Notes under the pieces: generated by a model
Told to the model about the DNA's origin: nothing
Database searches by the model: none
What the model saw: only the letters and a program-made list of their open reading frames with translations
Assembly: GCA_950097015.1 (NCBI GenBank)
Contig: CATNEN010000039.1
Span: 8,246,001 to 8,310,000 of the forward strand
Reading direction: 5' to 3'
Source of the DNA: Macrostomum hystrix
Taxonomy: Eukaryota; Animalia; Platyhelminthes
Length of the DNA: 64,000 nucleotides
Made by a program: the position numbers and the translations under genes
Part shown: one piece after another, positions 1 to 13,799 of the stretch
How positions within the stretch are numbered: the first letter of the stretch is position 1
How the letters are laid out: the number at the start of each line of letters is the position of its first letter

Positions 1-3000
1 GCCCAGAGCGCAGCAAAACAGCATCTGCTGCTGCTGCTGCTGCTGCTGCTGTTGATCCTGCTGGGCCTCCAGCTGCTGTTGTTCAAACGAACCCACAGCC
101 AGCGCTGTCAAGCCAGCGAGTCCGTCGATCCTTGCCAGCACAGCGGAGTCGGCGGTGCCGGACTCGGCCATTGTCGGGTCGCAGACGAACACGGCGCCGG
201 CGCCGGCGTCGCCGACAATCACGTGACCGCGCGGCCCGACTGCCACCAGGCCTGGCTCGCGAAAAACTGCCGCATGCAGGCTTGCCGAGATTCGGTCTTC
301 CACTGGCTCGACTTCAAACACGCGGCGCTGGCGCCAGTTCGCCACCCACAGTCGGCCGCCGGCGTCAACGGCGAGTCCCGTGGCCGACTGGCCGGCGCAT
401 GCGGCCCGGCCGAGGTCGCCGAGCCAGCGGAGGGCCGAGTCCAGCACCACAATGCGACTGTTGCCCGTGTCCGAGATGTACACCTGTGCCATGGGGGCAA
501 AAGCAAATGCGTTAGATCTTCGGGTGGCTAGCCATGATGGATCAGGGGGCGGATAGCACTGAAGAATCAGGGGGCGGATAGCACCGATGGATCAGGGGGC
601 AGATAGCACTGAAGAATCAGGGGGCAGATAGCACTGAAGAATCATGGGGCAGATAGCACCGATGGATCAGGGGGCAGATAGCACTGAAGAATCAGGGGGC
701 AGATAGCACCGATGGATCAGGGGGCAGATAGCACTGAAGAATCAGGGGGCAGATAGCACTGAAGAATCATGGGGCAGATAGCACCGATGGATCAGGGGGC
801 AGATAGCACTGAAGAATCAGGGGGCAGATAGCACTGAAGAATCATGGGGCAGATAGCACCGATGGATCAGGGGGCAGATAGCACTGAAGAATCAGGGGGC
901 AGATAGCACCGATGGATCAGGGGGCGGATAGCACTGAAGAATCAGGGGGCGGAATTGCACTGAAGAATCATGGGGCAGATAGCACCGATGGATCAGGGGG
1001 CAGATAGCACTGAAGAATCAGGGGGCAGATAGCACTGAAGAATCATGGGGCAGATAGCACCGATGGATCAGGGGGCAGATAGCACTGAAGAATCAGGGGG
1101 CAGATAGCACTGAAGAATCATGGGGCAGATAGCACTGATGGATCAGGGGGCAGATAGCACTGAAGAATCAGGGGGCAGATAGCACCGATGGATCAGGGGG
1201 CGGATAGCACTGAAGAATCAGGGGGCGGATAGCACTGAAGAATCATGGGGCAGATAGCACCGATGGATCAGGGGGCAGATAGCACTGAAGAATCAGGGGG
1301 CAGATAGCACTGAAGAATCATGGGGCAGATAGCACTGAAGAATCAGGGGGCAGATAGCACTGAAGAATCAGGGGGCAGATAGCACTGAAGAATCAGGGGG
1401 GCGGATAGCACTGAAGAATCAGGGGGCAGATAGCACTGAAGAATCAGGGGGCAGATAGCACTGAAGAATCAGGGGGCAGATAGCACTGAAGAATCAGGGG
1501 GCGGATAGCACTGAAGAATCAGGGGGCAGATAGCACCGATAGATCAGGGGGCGGATAGCACTGAAGAATCAGGGGGCAGATAGCACTGAAGAATCATGGG
1601 GCAGATAGCACCGATGGATCAGGGGGCAGATAGCACTGAAGAATCAGGGGGCAGATAGCACTGAAGAATCAGGGGGCAGATAGCACTGAAGAATCAGGGG
1701 GGCGGATAGCACTGAAGAATCAGGGGGCAGATAGCACTGAAGAATCAGGGGGCAGATAGCACTGAAGAATCAGGGGGCAGATAGCACTGAAGAATCAGGG
1801 GGCGGATAGCACTGAAGAATCAGGGGGCAGATAGCACTGAAGAATCAGGGGGCAGATAGCACTGAAGAATCAGGGGGCAGATAGCACTGAAGAATCAGGG
1901 GGCGGATAGCACTGAAGAATCAGGGGGCAGATAGCACTGAAGAATCAGGGGGTGGATAGCACTGAAGAATCAGGGGGTGGATAGCACTGAAGAATCAGGG
2001 GGCAGATAGCACTGAAGAATCAGGGGGCAGATAGCACTGAAGAATCAGGGGGCGGATAGCACTGAAGAATCAGGGGGCGGATAGCACTGAAGAATCAGGG
2101 GGCGGATAGCACTGAAGAATCAGGGGGTGGATAGCACTGAAGAATCAGGGGGCGGATAGCACTGAAGAATCAGGGGATTAGGGACCGATAGCACTGAAGG
2201 GGGCGGATGGCACTGAAGGGGGTGGATAGCGCACTCACCTCGCCGTTGCGGCCCAAGGCCACAGCGTACGGCGCCTGCAGCTGCCCGGGCTGAGAGCCGC
2301 GCCCGGAGCCGCCGGCTTTGGCCGCGGGCCGCTGTTTGCCGGCCACGTCCACGGACAGCGGACTGTCGCGGACTGGGCGGCCGAAGACCCGCACAGCCAG
2401 GCGGTGCCGACCGGCGCTGAGCGGCAGAAAGTTCAACGCGTAGCTGCCGTCTCCGTTGTCAACGACGCCAATTTCCAATTGTTCGCCGCCGGGCGTCTCC
2501 AAGCTGGCCGTGACCGGGTCGCCGCCGTCACGACGCCGACGTCCGTGATAGTCGACCGTCTGCAGCACGGCGGAGCAGCGCAGGCCGGCGGTGGCAACGG
2601 CGGCTTCGCCAGAGCCGGCAGCCGTCAGCTGGACGGAGCACAGACCAGGATGCGTTGTGGAGACTCGCACCCGGCCGCAGCGCTGCAGCGCCGAGTCCAC
2701 TGAGCGAAGACAGTCGAATTCAGCGTCATCAGCCCGGCTGAACTCCATGTAGGCATTCTCGCGCGGCTCCGACAGGCCAGCGAAGGTGTCCAGCTTGGCG
2801 TTGAGGTCCGAGATATTCTTTGTGATGGCCATCACATCCATCTGAGAATAGCGAGTGTGATTTTCTATATCAGAGCCTGATAGAGACTCTAACTGCCAAG
2901 ATCTACTCTCTCTATCTGCGTAGATCTGCAGTAGATTGATTTGCCCATCAATCTGTTATTCACATATCTAGCAATCCGTTTAACGTAGATCTGCCAGTCT

Positions 3001-6000
3001 ATCTGCCGTATTTCTAGGACTCAATCTGCCATAGATCTGCCATCCATTTGTCGTCGATCTACCACTTTATCTACTGTAGATCTGCCATCCATCTGCCGTA
3101 GATGTACCGCTCAAACTGCCGTAGATCTACCACTTCATCTGCTACTCAATCTGCCGTAGATCTGCCACTCTATCTACCGTAGATCTGCCACTCTATCTGC
3201 CGTAGATCTGCCACTCTATCTGCCGTAGATCTGCCACTTCATCTGCCGTAGATCTGCCACTCTATCTGCCGTAGATCTGCCACTTCATCTGCCGTAGATC
3301 AACCCCTAGACCTGCCCTCTATCAGCCACAGCTGGGGGAGAGCCAGTTGAGCACAGGTGCTCACACAGTTCTCTCAGTCTGCTCATTCAGGCAAAAATGA
3401 ATGAGAGCAGTGAATGAGTGAATGGGGGTCGGTATATGTAGTTCGTGAGGCATATTTGAGAATTAATTGAGTAATATTTTGTAGCAACAGCGCAAACTGT
3501 GGCCCATGGTGAGTATACAAGATGATGAATTATTCCATTCATAGAATGAGACTAAAATATAATAAAGCAGATTTTTAGATAGCAAATGGCGAGAAATGAA
3601 GAAGCAGCGAGTTGAATGCGGGCGGGACAAAACAGAGAGATGAAAAGCAGAGCAAACAGAAATTGAGCGCCCTTTGACTGTCCAGGGGGAGGTGACCAAC
3701 TCAAAGAAAGCGACCAAGAATGGCGACTCAAGCAGTCGTGGGGTCAAAGGTTTGACTGCTAATGCATGGCCATTGTGCTGAGTCCAATTGAGGGCATTGT
3801 GAATGCGGCTTGCAACAGGTTCTTATTACCCATGTAAATAAGGCATGCAATTTAGGCAATGCTAATATACAGACCGGATTGGAATCGACAAATCCAGAAT
3901 CTTCAAGAACCCGAAAACTGCAAATTGAAGAATCTTCAAGAACCCGAAACTGCAAATTGAAGAATGTTCAAGAACCCGAAACTGCAAATTGAAGAATCTT
4001 CAAAAACCCACAACTGCAAATTGAATAATCTTCAAAAACCCGAAACTGCAAATTGAAGAATCTTCAAAAACCCGAAACTGCAAATTGAAGAATCTTCAAG
4101 AACCCGAAAACTGCAAATTGAAGAATCTTCAAAAACCCGAAAACTGCAAATTGAAGAATCTTAAAAAACCCGAAACTGCAAATTGAAGAATCTTCAAGAA
4201 CCCGAAACTGCAAATAGAAGAATTTAAAAAAAACCCGAAAACTGCAAATTGAAGAATCTTCAAGAACCCGAAACTGCAAATAGAAGAATTTAAAAAAACC
4301 CCGAAAACTGCAAATTGAAGAATCTTCAAGAACCCGAAACTGCAAATTTATAATCTAAAAAACCCCGAAACTGCCAATTGAATAATCTTCAAGAACCCGA
4401 AACTGCCAATTGAAGAATCTTCAAAAACCCGAAACTGCAAATAGAAGAATTTAAAAAAACCCCGAAAACTGCAAATTGAAGAATCTTCAAGAACCCGAAA
4501 CTGCAAATTTATAATCTAAAAAACCCCGAAACTGCCAATAGAATAATCTTCAAGAACCCGAAACTGCCAATTGAAGAATCTTCAAGAACCCGAAACTGCC
4601 AATTGAAGAATCTTCAAAAACCCACAACTGCAAATTGAATAATCTTCAAAAACCCACAACTGCCAATTGAAGAATCTTCAAAAACCCGAAACTGCAAATT
4701 GAAGAATCTTCAAAAACCCGAAACTGCCAATTGAAGAATCTTCAAAAACTCGAAACCTGCAAATTGAAGAATCTTCAAAAACCCGAAACTGCCAATTTAT
4801 AATCTAAAAAAACCCGAAACTGCCAATTGAAGAATCTTCAAAAACTCGAAACCTGCAAATTGAAGAATCTTCAAAAACCCGAAACTGCCAATTTATAATC
4901 TAAAAAAACCCGAAACTGCAAATTGAAGAATCTTCAAGAACGCGAAACTGCAAATTGAAGAATCTTCAAGAACCCGAAACTGCCAATTTATAATCTAAAA
5001 AACCCCGAAACTGCAAATTGAAGAATCTTCAAAAACCCGAAACTGCCAATGGATGAATCTTCAAGAACCCGAAACTGCAAATTGATGAATCTTCAAGAAC
5101 CCGAAACTGCAAATTGAAGAATCTTCAAGAACCCGAAACTGCCAATTGATGAATCTTCAAGAACCCGAAACTGCAAATTGATGAATCTTCAAGAACCCGA
5201 AACTGCAAATTGAAGAATCTTAAAAAACCCGAAACAAAAAAATTCCAGAATCATCAGGCACCCTGAATTGCAAAATTTGAGAGTTTTCAAAGAACAAAAT
5301 AAATAATGTAAGCTAGAAGACTAGCCTTATCTAACCCTGGTGTATGAAACTGCCTGTTTAAAATAATATCTAAAAATACATAGCAAAAGCAGACAAGGCT
5401 GTCTAGCTGAGCATATATCTTGCAGCGCGAACTAAATCAATACTAACCAGACCCTACTACTGCGCCTTCGCGAGACGGAACATGCAATTAACAGATTGCA
5501 TTACAGAGCCACTCACGCGGGTAAGCCACTAATTAGTTTGGATTATTTACAGGGGGCTGTCAGTGAGGTTAGCAATGGGATTACAGAACAGCACTGACGC
5601 TCAAATGATAAAATAATGAGTAAACTGCCCTCTCGGGTTAGAATATGCAAAAATATGTGTCAAAGTAGCGTTGAAATCGGTGAAAATGGAATTCTCGTGA
5701 TTGGAATTGGAATTAATGGAAATGGGATTGGAATAAGTGGAAATGTAGTTGGAATCAGTGGAAATGGAGTTGAAATCAGTGGAAATGGAGTTGAAATCAG
5801 TGGAAATGGAGTTGAAATCAGTGGAAATGGAGTTGAAATCAGTGGAAATGGAGTTGAAATCAGTGGAAATGTAGTTGGAATCAGTGGAAATGGAGTTGGA
5901 ATCATTGGAAATGGAGTTGGAATCAGTGGAAATGGAGTTGGAATCAGTGGAAAAGGGATTGGAATAAGTGGAAATGGGATGGGAATCAGTGGAAATGGAA

Positions 6001-7205
6001 CTGGGCCTAATTGTAAACAAGCCAGCAAGCACCCACCTGGTACTGCAGCCCCTCGCACTCGGACTCAACCTTGGCCTTCTCCTGACTAATCAGCTCGAGC
6101 TGGTCCTTCAGGGCGCGCCTCTTGTCCTCCCTCACTCGGCGCACCGTCTCTCGCATCGCCGAGTGCCGCCTGTCGACCAGATCGCGCAGCTGTTGAAATG
6201 TCTGATCCACTGACTGCAGGCAGGCGTCAGCGTTGGAGTCGAGAGCTTCCACTTCGCGGCAGACGGCATCGAAGGCGGAGCCAAGCTGGCCAGCGGCTAG
6301 TGCGGCCTTGTACAGCAGGATCTCCGTCATCCGCTTGACGGCCACGCTGAATGACAGGACAGTGTGGTCGGCCTTGGCCTGGTGGCTGAGGCAGGCGGGG
6401 CAGAAGACGGTGTCGCAGGTCTCGCAGAACAGCAACTCCTTGCCTGAGTGGATGGAGCACTTCGGCACGAGATCTCGGCGCTGTGAGGCCATCAGGTCCA
6501 GCAGCTGGTTCACCACGAAGGAGGGCGGGAAGGCTGCGGCGCCACCGCCATGGGGAACGGCGATGCCCTCGCGACAGATGGGACAGCGGAAGGACTCGGC
6601 TTGGCGACCTGGGCCTGGGCCCTGCGGAGTGCGAGTGACAGCTATTGGAGTGACAGCTATTGGAGTGACAGTTATTGGAGTGACAGTTATTGTAGTGACA
6701 TTTATTAGAATGACAGTTATTAGAGTGACAGCTATTGGAGTGACAGCTATTGGAGTGACAGTTTTTGGAGTGACAGTTATTAGAGTGACAGTTATTGGAG
6801 TGACAGTTTTTGGAGTGACAGTTATTAGAGTGACAGTTATTAGAGTGACAGTTACTGGATTGACAGTTATTGGAGTGACAGTTATTGGTGTGACAGGAGT
6901 GACAGTTTCTGGAGTGACAGTTTCTGGAGTGACAGTTACCGGAGTGACAGCTATTGGAGTCTAAATTCCTAGACGACAACAGTTAAGAAGTTCAAAAACA
7001 GGTGAAACAATAAGCACACAATGAGCGCACTCACCTGCATGATCCTCTGCAGGCAGGACCTACAAAGGGTGTGTGAGCATGGCAACAGTTTGGGCTGATG
7101 CTCGCCGGCGTCAAACAGATTCAAGCAGGTGCCGCAGGTGAGAAAAGACTCAGAGAAGTCTTCAAAGTTGATCTGGATAGTCTCAACCAATCGACTGCTG
7201 GTCAT
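1..7205 (-). CDS. TRIM-NHL E3 ubiquitin ligase (TRIM2/3-like architecture: RING, B-box, coiled coil, filamin, NHL repeats); 3' end beyond window
   Basis: Exons 7205-7035 (MTSSRLVETIQINFEDFSESFLTCGTCL..KLLPCSHTLCRSC, RING), 6621-6037 (FRCPICR; B-box CSIHSGKELLFCETCDTVFCPAC; coiled coil), 2841-2239 (filamin: TVDYHGRRRRDGGD..VDNGDGSYALNF..VRDSPL), 483-<1 (NHL: VYISDTGNSRIVVLD..GLAVDAGGRLWVANW). All three introns are GT-AG, phase 0. Confidence 0.92.
534..2225. repeat. 25-bp minisatellite (GGGGCAGATAGCACTGAAGAATCAG) filling TRIM intron 3
   Basis: Direct tandem periodicity, with variant unit ..CACCGATGGATCAG. Confidence 0.97.
2895..3320. repeat. ~23-bp degenerate minisatellite (ATCTGCCGTAGATCTGCCACTCT)
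   Basis: Tandem units in TRIM intron 2. Confidence 0.85.
3897..5235. repeat. ~32-bp minisatellite (GAAGAATCTTCAAGAACCCGAAACTGCAAATT)
   Basis: Tandem units in TRIM intron 2. Confidence 0.96.
5700..6000. repeat. 21-bp minisatellite (GGAAATGGAGTTGAAATCAGT)
   Basis: Tandem units beside the TRIM exon 2 donor. Confidence 0.93.
6633..6960. repeat. 15-bp minisatellite (GAGTGACAGTTATTG) filling TRIM intron 1
   Basis: Tandem units. Confidence 0.95.
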
Positions 7206-8007
7206 CTTAAAACGGATTTGGAGTGCAAAATGAATAAAAAATGTTAATAAGGAACAGGCAGAGCAAATGGCCAGGTTATTTTGAGACATTGGCCAGTAGG
7301 TTTTGTAAGGAATTAAACTCTTGTAAAAAACACCCCAACCAAAAAGAACTGAGATAAGACAGCCAATGAGAATGCACTGTCAGTGCAAGATAAGAGAAAT
7401 AAAGAATATTATAACCCTGAGCTAAGGTCAGCGTGGAAACTATATCAAAGAGAAAATTCCCACAAGTGCATATAGGCAAAATGAGCTACTATAATGAGTA
7501 TGTTTGGTTCGTTTCTTGTGCCAATCAATTTTATTTGTCTAGTTGCCTAAATTAACTAAACTGAATCTTTCCTGAGATATTATAAAAACGCTCTAAAAAA
7601 TACTGAGAAATGCTGAGATACTAATGAGCTCAACATGCTTGTACCAAACATAAAGGACACATTGAGTACTGCCTCATCAAGGACATTTTTCAAGGCCATA
7701 GAAACCACGCCACCAGTGTCAGAGAGAGAGAAAGAATGGGACAGAGAGGGGAGAGTACAGAATCAGACCACCGCAGAGTGTACAGCCCGCCCAACCCGCA
7801 CAAATCCCCAATCCCTACTTCACTCCTATCCCTAGAAAGCGATTCTAGATTGAAAAGCCGAGTCAGAAAAGTCCTAAGTGTGAGGCGCGTGCGCATGCAC
7901 TTTTAGCCCGAAAGCCAACGACAGACTAATTCTAATGCAATCTTTTTTAGTATAGGGTGGCAAAACACTGGATTCCTTCCCATCACGTGACGAGACTGCC
8001 TTCCTGA

Positions 8008-8978
8008 ATCTGATGGATAGCAGTAGGATATCTGATGGATAGCAGTAGGATATCTGATGGATAGCAGTAGGATATATGATAGATAGCAGTAGGATATATG
8101 ATAGATAGCAGTAGGATATCTGATGGATAGCAGTAGGATATCTGATGGATAACAGTAGGATATCTGATGGATAGCAGTAGGATATCTGATGGATAGCAGT
8201 AGGATATCTGATGGATAACAGTAGGATATCTGATGGATAGCAGAAGGATATCTGATGGATAACAGTAGGATATCTGATGGATAGCAGTAGGATATCTGAT
8301 GGATAACAGTAGGATATCTGATGGATAACAGTAGGATATCTGATGGATAGCAGCTTGATATCTGATGGATAGCAGCTTGATATCTGATGGATAGCAGTAG
8401 GATATCTGATGGATAGCAGTAGGATATATGATAGATAGCAGTAGGATATCTGATGGATAGCAGTAGGATATATGATGGATAGCAGTAGGATATATGATAG
8501 ATAGCAGTAGGATATCTGATGGATAGCAGTAGGATATATGATGGATAACAGTAGGATATATGATAGATAGCAGTAGGATATCTGATGGATAGCAGTAGGA
8601 TATCTGATGGAATAGCAGCTGAATATCGGATAGAATAGCAGCTGAATGACGGATGGAATAGCAGCTGAATATCGGATGGAATAGCAGCTGAATATCGGAT
8701 AGAATAGCAGCTGAATGACGGATGGAATAGCAGCTGAATATCGGATGGAATAGCAGCTGAATGACGGATGGAATAGCAGCTGAATATCGGATGGAATAGC
8801 AGCTGAATATCGGATGGAATAGCAGCTGAATATCTGATGGAATAGCAGCTGAATATCGGATGGAATAGCAGCTGAATATCTGATGGAATAGCAGCTGAAT
8901 ATCGGATGGAATAGCAGCTGAATATCTAATACAATAGCAGCTAAATATCTGATAGATTAGCAGCTGAATATCTGATGA
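8008..8978. repeat. 21/22-bp minisatellite (GATATCTGATGGATAGCAGTAG changing to GAATATCGGATGGAATAGCAGCT)
   Basis: Tandem units with two related sub-arrays. Confidence 0.95.
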
Positions 8979-9698
8979 CAAAGCAGCAAAGACTGTTCGG
9001 AAAAGTTATAACAGAACCACTCCAAGCATGAATATGTTTCTGAAGTTTTAATCTAGGTTAAAAATGTCACGTGCTTCTGCCAAGCGACTACGTGACAGAC
9101 AATTTTTAAGACAAAGATCACTTGGACATTTTATTAACTGCATCCAATTCTGCAAGTACACGAGGAGGAAAAAACCGAAAGCCTAAATTTCAAGCAATCT
9201 TTTTGAAAGCCAAGGTTAAAAATATATATAAAAAGGAACTGAAGTTGCTACATAAAATTACTGATTTTAGAAGCCGTATTTTTTTTTAATCGAGAGAGGA
9301 AATAGTGTCCAGAGCAGAAGAAGAATATGCTACAGAATAGCACAATGCACGTGGGCTCGTGTAGCAATATTGAATCTTCGCAGTCCAATTTTCATCTTTA
9401 TTGCTATGAGGTTGGGGATTTTATTAGACTTTTGGGTTAGGGCTGGCGAGATGAGTCAACACCCTAATAGAAACGGAGGCGGCTACTACAAAGGCCACTC
9501 ACTCTGACCTCAAGAATTATATGGCCTTAGACTGCACTGGCCTTGTGCTGCAGTGAGGACCTATCGACATCTGGTATCAGTGTTTTAATTGCCACGTTAA
9601 CACCATTTATCTACAGGTCAAATAAGTGTGTTACTATAGTATTGCCGACTATTGGCACAGTAATTAGGGACGCGTATTGATTTCTATAATAGTGAGAA

Positions 9699-10010
9699 GG
9701 AGGTTGTAGCCTAGTGGCTAGGGCGTCGGACTAAAGACTTGAAGGTCGGGGGTTCGATTCCTGACTCCACTGGAACAATTTGTGTCCTTTAGCAAGACAC
9801 TTAACTCTGCATTGCTTCAGTTCACCCAGCTGTTAAATGGGTACCAGCATCAGCTGGGATAATTGAAGGTGGGTGTGGCGTCCCCCCAGTCCGTGGACTG
9901 AACAGCTGTACGCAGCCTTCAGATGCCCCGCGCAATAGCTGCAGCTGTGCTGTCGGCTGCACATCTGGCCCAATTGGGGCTGGTGTGATCAATTATATTA
10001 TTATTTATTA
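9699..10010 (+). mobile_element. tRNA-derived SINE family A with CORE-like central domain
   Basis: Pol III A box TAGCCTAGTGG (9707-9717) and B box GGTTCGATTCC (9751-9761); GTGTCCTTTAGCAAGACACTTAAC..CAGCTGTTAAATGGGTACC resembles the MIR/CORE domain; AT-rich tail; further copies at ~14334 and ~51165. Confidence 0.85.
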
Positions 10011-10044
10011 TAACAGTGAGGGCTTAAGTAAGGTAATTAGAGCA

Positions 10045-10376
10045 GGGGGTCGATGGCAGAGCAGTTATCGCGTTTGCCTCTCGCACCAAGGTCCCTGAGT
10101 TCGATTCCACGGCGAGGCCACATTTATTTGGGGCGCAGCCCCGGAGAGAAGGCTTGGGGGCTTGTCGTGCAATTGACGTCCTTGAGGGCCAACGATGATA
10201 GTCAGGGCAGATGTACTCACCTGTGTGAGCGTGTGCCTGCGTACAGTATCTGTGTGTATGTGTGCTCAGGAGTCAGCGAAATGGGCAGAATTGCCTCCTC
10301 GCTGGTTGCGGGTCTAGTGTGACCAAATGGTGTGCCATTGCCCGCAGCCCTCCTGCAATTATTATTATTATTATTA
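10045..10376 (+). mobile_element. tRNA-derived SINE family B (near full length)
   Basis: A box-like TGGCAGAGCAG, B box AGTTCGATTCC, (ATT)n tail; several other partial copies in the window. Confidence 0.85.
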
Positions 10377-11660
10377 AGCAGCTGATACATTTTCAATAAT
10401 TAAAAGAAGAATCTTGAAGTGCATATAAAGTTATCTACCTTTTAAGGTAGATAGTATCACACTTACCACATGAGAGTTTGAAAATGCCATTTCCGAATTC
10501 AGGAAATCACATTAAAGTGAAGCTGTTTATTGACTTGCAGTTTGTTTATATACTAGCGGCACAATTTAAAGTAGTGCATGACTGAAAATGGCTAGATTTT
10601 AGAGTGCAGGCCTACCACTGCAGAAGTTGTTAGACAGTGTAAGCTTTGCATTTTATAGCTTTGCAATTCCAGTTAAGCAAACTGGACCGAAATGTCAGGA
10701 CGACATGAATTTAATTTTAGGCTGATCTGTCTGAAAATAAGGGGAAGGAATAAGTATTTAGAACATATTCCCAATTCATGGAGTGAAAAATTGTCAAGTT
10801 ACTAGATTATATATAAACAAACAAAATGACACTAGCTAAAAAAAGTAAACATTTACAGAAACATTAAGTAGACAACATATTATCTGGCTACAAAAGCCAT
10901 TTAACTAGTTTTAAATACTAAAATATACAAAAATATGTATTTGAATAAACTAAGACACTACACCCATGATCTGGATCATGGAATGGTCAATGCCAAACTT
11001 AAATTTCAGCTTTTTATTGTATGCCAAGAACTATGCCTTGTAGGCAAACTCCCAAAGTGTGACTAAAGTGCATGCTAATATGCCAATTGCAAATTAAATA
11101 ATTAAAACTAAATAACTATAGCTATTATCTGCATACAAATAGAAACAAAATTTTTGTTTAATAACACAATCACACAATTAATAGCATATATTTTGTTTTA
11201 CATAGTTTTCACAATAATTAAAAAAACCAGTGAACTTTATTTCAGAGCGATTCTTATTCCTTTTTAGTTAATTTATGCTTGCAAATTGGCTACTTCATAC
11301 CAAAGTGGATATATTGCTACTATACCTCTATATACACCAGGTTGAAACTAGTTTTTAAAACAACTTGATTTACTTGTACAAATTTACACCAAGTGTATGC
11401 CAATGGCCACTGAAGACTCAAATGTAAGGCCACCTTCCAGACTATGGCACACAATAAATATTATTAATGCATGTGCTGTACTAGGCATTGAAATTTAAGG
11501 CCTAGGGAATAGAAATAAGTAACTAGCTTAGCTCTTTTTTAGCTATTAACAGCCATTGCCATGATCAAATTAATCAATTAACTAATAAACAATTTGCAAT
11601 AGAAAATGTATCTGTATGCGATAAGCATTTATTTTTCTACTAGGCCTAGTACTATAACAT

Positions 11661-12175
11661 AGTATGTATTACCAAGTAAGGGTCAGACGGGATCCGGAAA
11701 ACTCGGGATCCGGAAAACTCGGGATCCTGATCCCAACTTCTAGAAATTTGGGAATAGGGATAAGCTCATCACATGTCCCTAATATATTAGTACCTTGGCA
11801 AAAATTAAGAAACAGCTTGAAAATTTTGATGCATGCTTAACCAAGTAAAAACAATGGCTTTGACTCATGTTAAAACTTAAAAGTAATCCATTTGCTTTAA
11901 TGTTTTAAAAAACGATTTTATACTTTGAAAATCTCAGATTTCACTCATCTTATATTGTAATGTAAGAAATGCAAAATGGCTTTCTTTTTTTCTACTACTT
12001 TCAGAGGAGATCCTTTGTTCAAAAATATCAAGTCCCAGGAAAAATAAGTACAAACTTATCTGCAACTCTGACTTGTCAGGTTAGTCATAGGCTCCTCCCA
12101 CCTCAAATCCTGCCCGGAACTAAATGAAGATCCTAATCCCGAAAATCTTGATCCCATCCAACCCCTAATACATAG
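11661..12175. mobile_element. Possible non-autonomous DNA transposon (MITE-like) with imperfect inverted ends
   Basis: Left end TATGTATTA..AAGGGTCAGACGGGATCC and right end GATCCCATCCAACCCCTAATACATA are imperfect reverse complements; GGGATCC/ATCCCG subterminal motifs; no clear TSD. Confidence 0.35.
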
Positions 12176-13799
12176 CTAGGCTAGTTATAAATGCTCTATA
12201 GTCTAATATTCTTGACTGACAGTATTAGATGGACATTAAAAGACATTGAGAAAAAGGATAGGCCTTGGCTATTGATCCAATTAATATAAGCTTTCATGAT
12301 CATAATACCATCATAACCACTTTAAGCCAATTAGCTGTGTAAAGGCAAAATTTAAAATTATATTTAAGGTGGGTCACTTATTTAAAGCACTAGGTAAATT
12401 TATAAAATTACATTAGGTTAGGCCTATCTGACAGAAATCTACATCACAAGATTCACTACTTTGAAATAATGTATGCTGTTTTAGAAATGCAAATTTCTAA
12501 GAGGCCACTTATGCGCAAATACGATTACTATCTTTTAAAGTAGGCTTCCTGGCACAACTGACAAAAATATCATGCAATGAATAATGATGCAACTATGACG
12601 AGCGAGTCGTAAAGCCAAAAATATTAAGCATAGGCCCTAACACAAAGGTAGAGCTTCAAAGTTGTCCACAGTATATACAGCCGGATATAGCTAATCGAAC
12701 AGTAAAGAAAATTCAGTGCCTAAATTTAACTGGCTTTCACGCTGATTTCACGTTAGCGACATTTTACCGCGCGTCATTCTAGAAAATGCCTGACTTGTGC
12801 ATCAGTTGCTCGCAGATGACGAAGTGACTAATATTTGGCAGTGCCTTCATTAGTATATGACGAAGTGACCAAGGGCAATCATATTTCGGCGAAACGTCAT
12901 TTGACGAAACAGTGTATGACGAAGTGACTAGGATCCGCGGTAAAAACCGCTAACGTCTGATTTCATTCATTCATAGATTATCGTTATTTAACGAGCCGAA
13001 AAATGAGCACGATGCAGCTTTAGCACCGCAATGAATATTCTCTCATTCATAATACATAGTTTTATATAGTTTTATATCTGTTTTGAAGCTGCACATGCAA
13101 CTACTTCTAAATTAGAGAGTAGATGAAGTTCATACTGAGTATTTCTTACTTCAGTCGTTCTTGTGATTCTTGGATGTGAGATTAGGATTCCAATTAGTTG
13201 ATCAATTAAGATATTATAGAACCCGCGTAACTCTGTTCAAATAATTTCTGAGGATCTTAGAACTGCTTATGTATATTAGACCAACTAGGAGTAGAACGAT
13301 GTCTGCAGTTTAGGCATGCTTTAAATATGTACACTTGATTTTTTCATCTTGATCGTTAATTGACCCTTAAGTATACAACTGAATGGATAAGAAGCATAGT
13401 GAAGTGAAATTTTTGCTGGACATAAATTGCCAAGGTCTAAAAATTATAAAAATTGCTTTGTTTCAAATCTGAGGAATAAAATCGCCGACAAAGATAGAAT
13501 ATATTCTATAGGATATCAGCGTATCAGGACAAGAAAATATTTGCGATGTCACAATGATATGAGAGTATGGCGAAACAGACTAAAACAAATTGTGATAAAG
13601 TCATCAGCGTAGAATATATAAATAAATAAATCAGTATACATACTGAATACATATATATATTCATATAAATATATGAATAAACATATTTTCTTTAAGAAGA
13701 ATAAGTATAAGCATTTAAGAAATAAGACAAAGTAGATAAAATTATGATCTGAGGCGATCTACAGTATAGCCCGCAGTCGCCTCACTAAAAGATTCTAAA

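Noticed and set aside
52-531. Plus-strand ORFs of 159 and 127 aa, and other antisense ORFs over exons (e.g. 6233-6964, 18439-18927, 46757-47143)
   Set aside because: Shadow ORFs of GC-rich exons on the opposite strand
9701-9772. tRNA gene
   Set aside because: A/B boxes are present but there is no proper acceptor stem, and the sequence continues into a body repeated elsewhere in the window, so it is a SINE head
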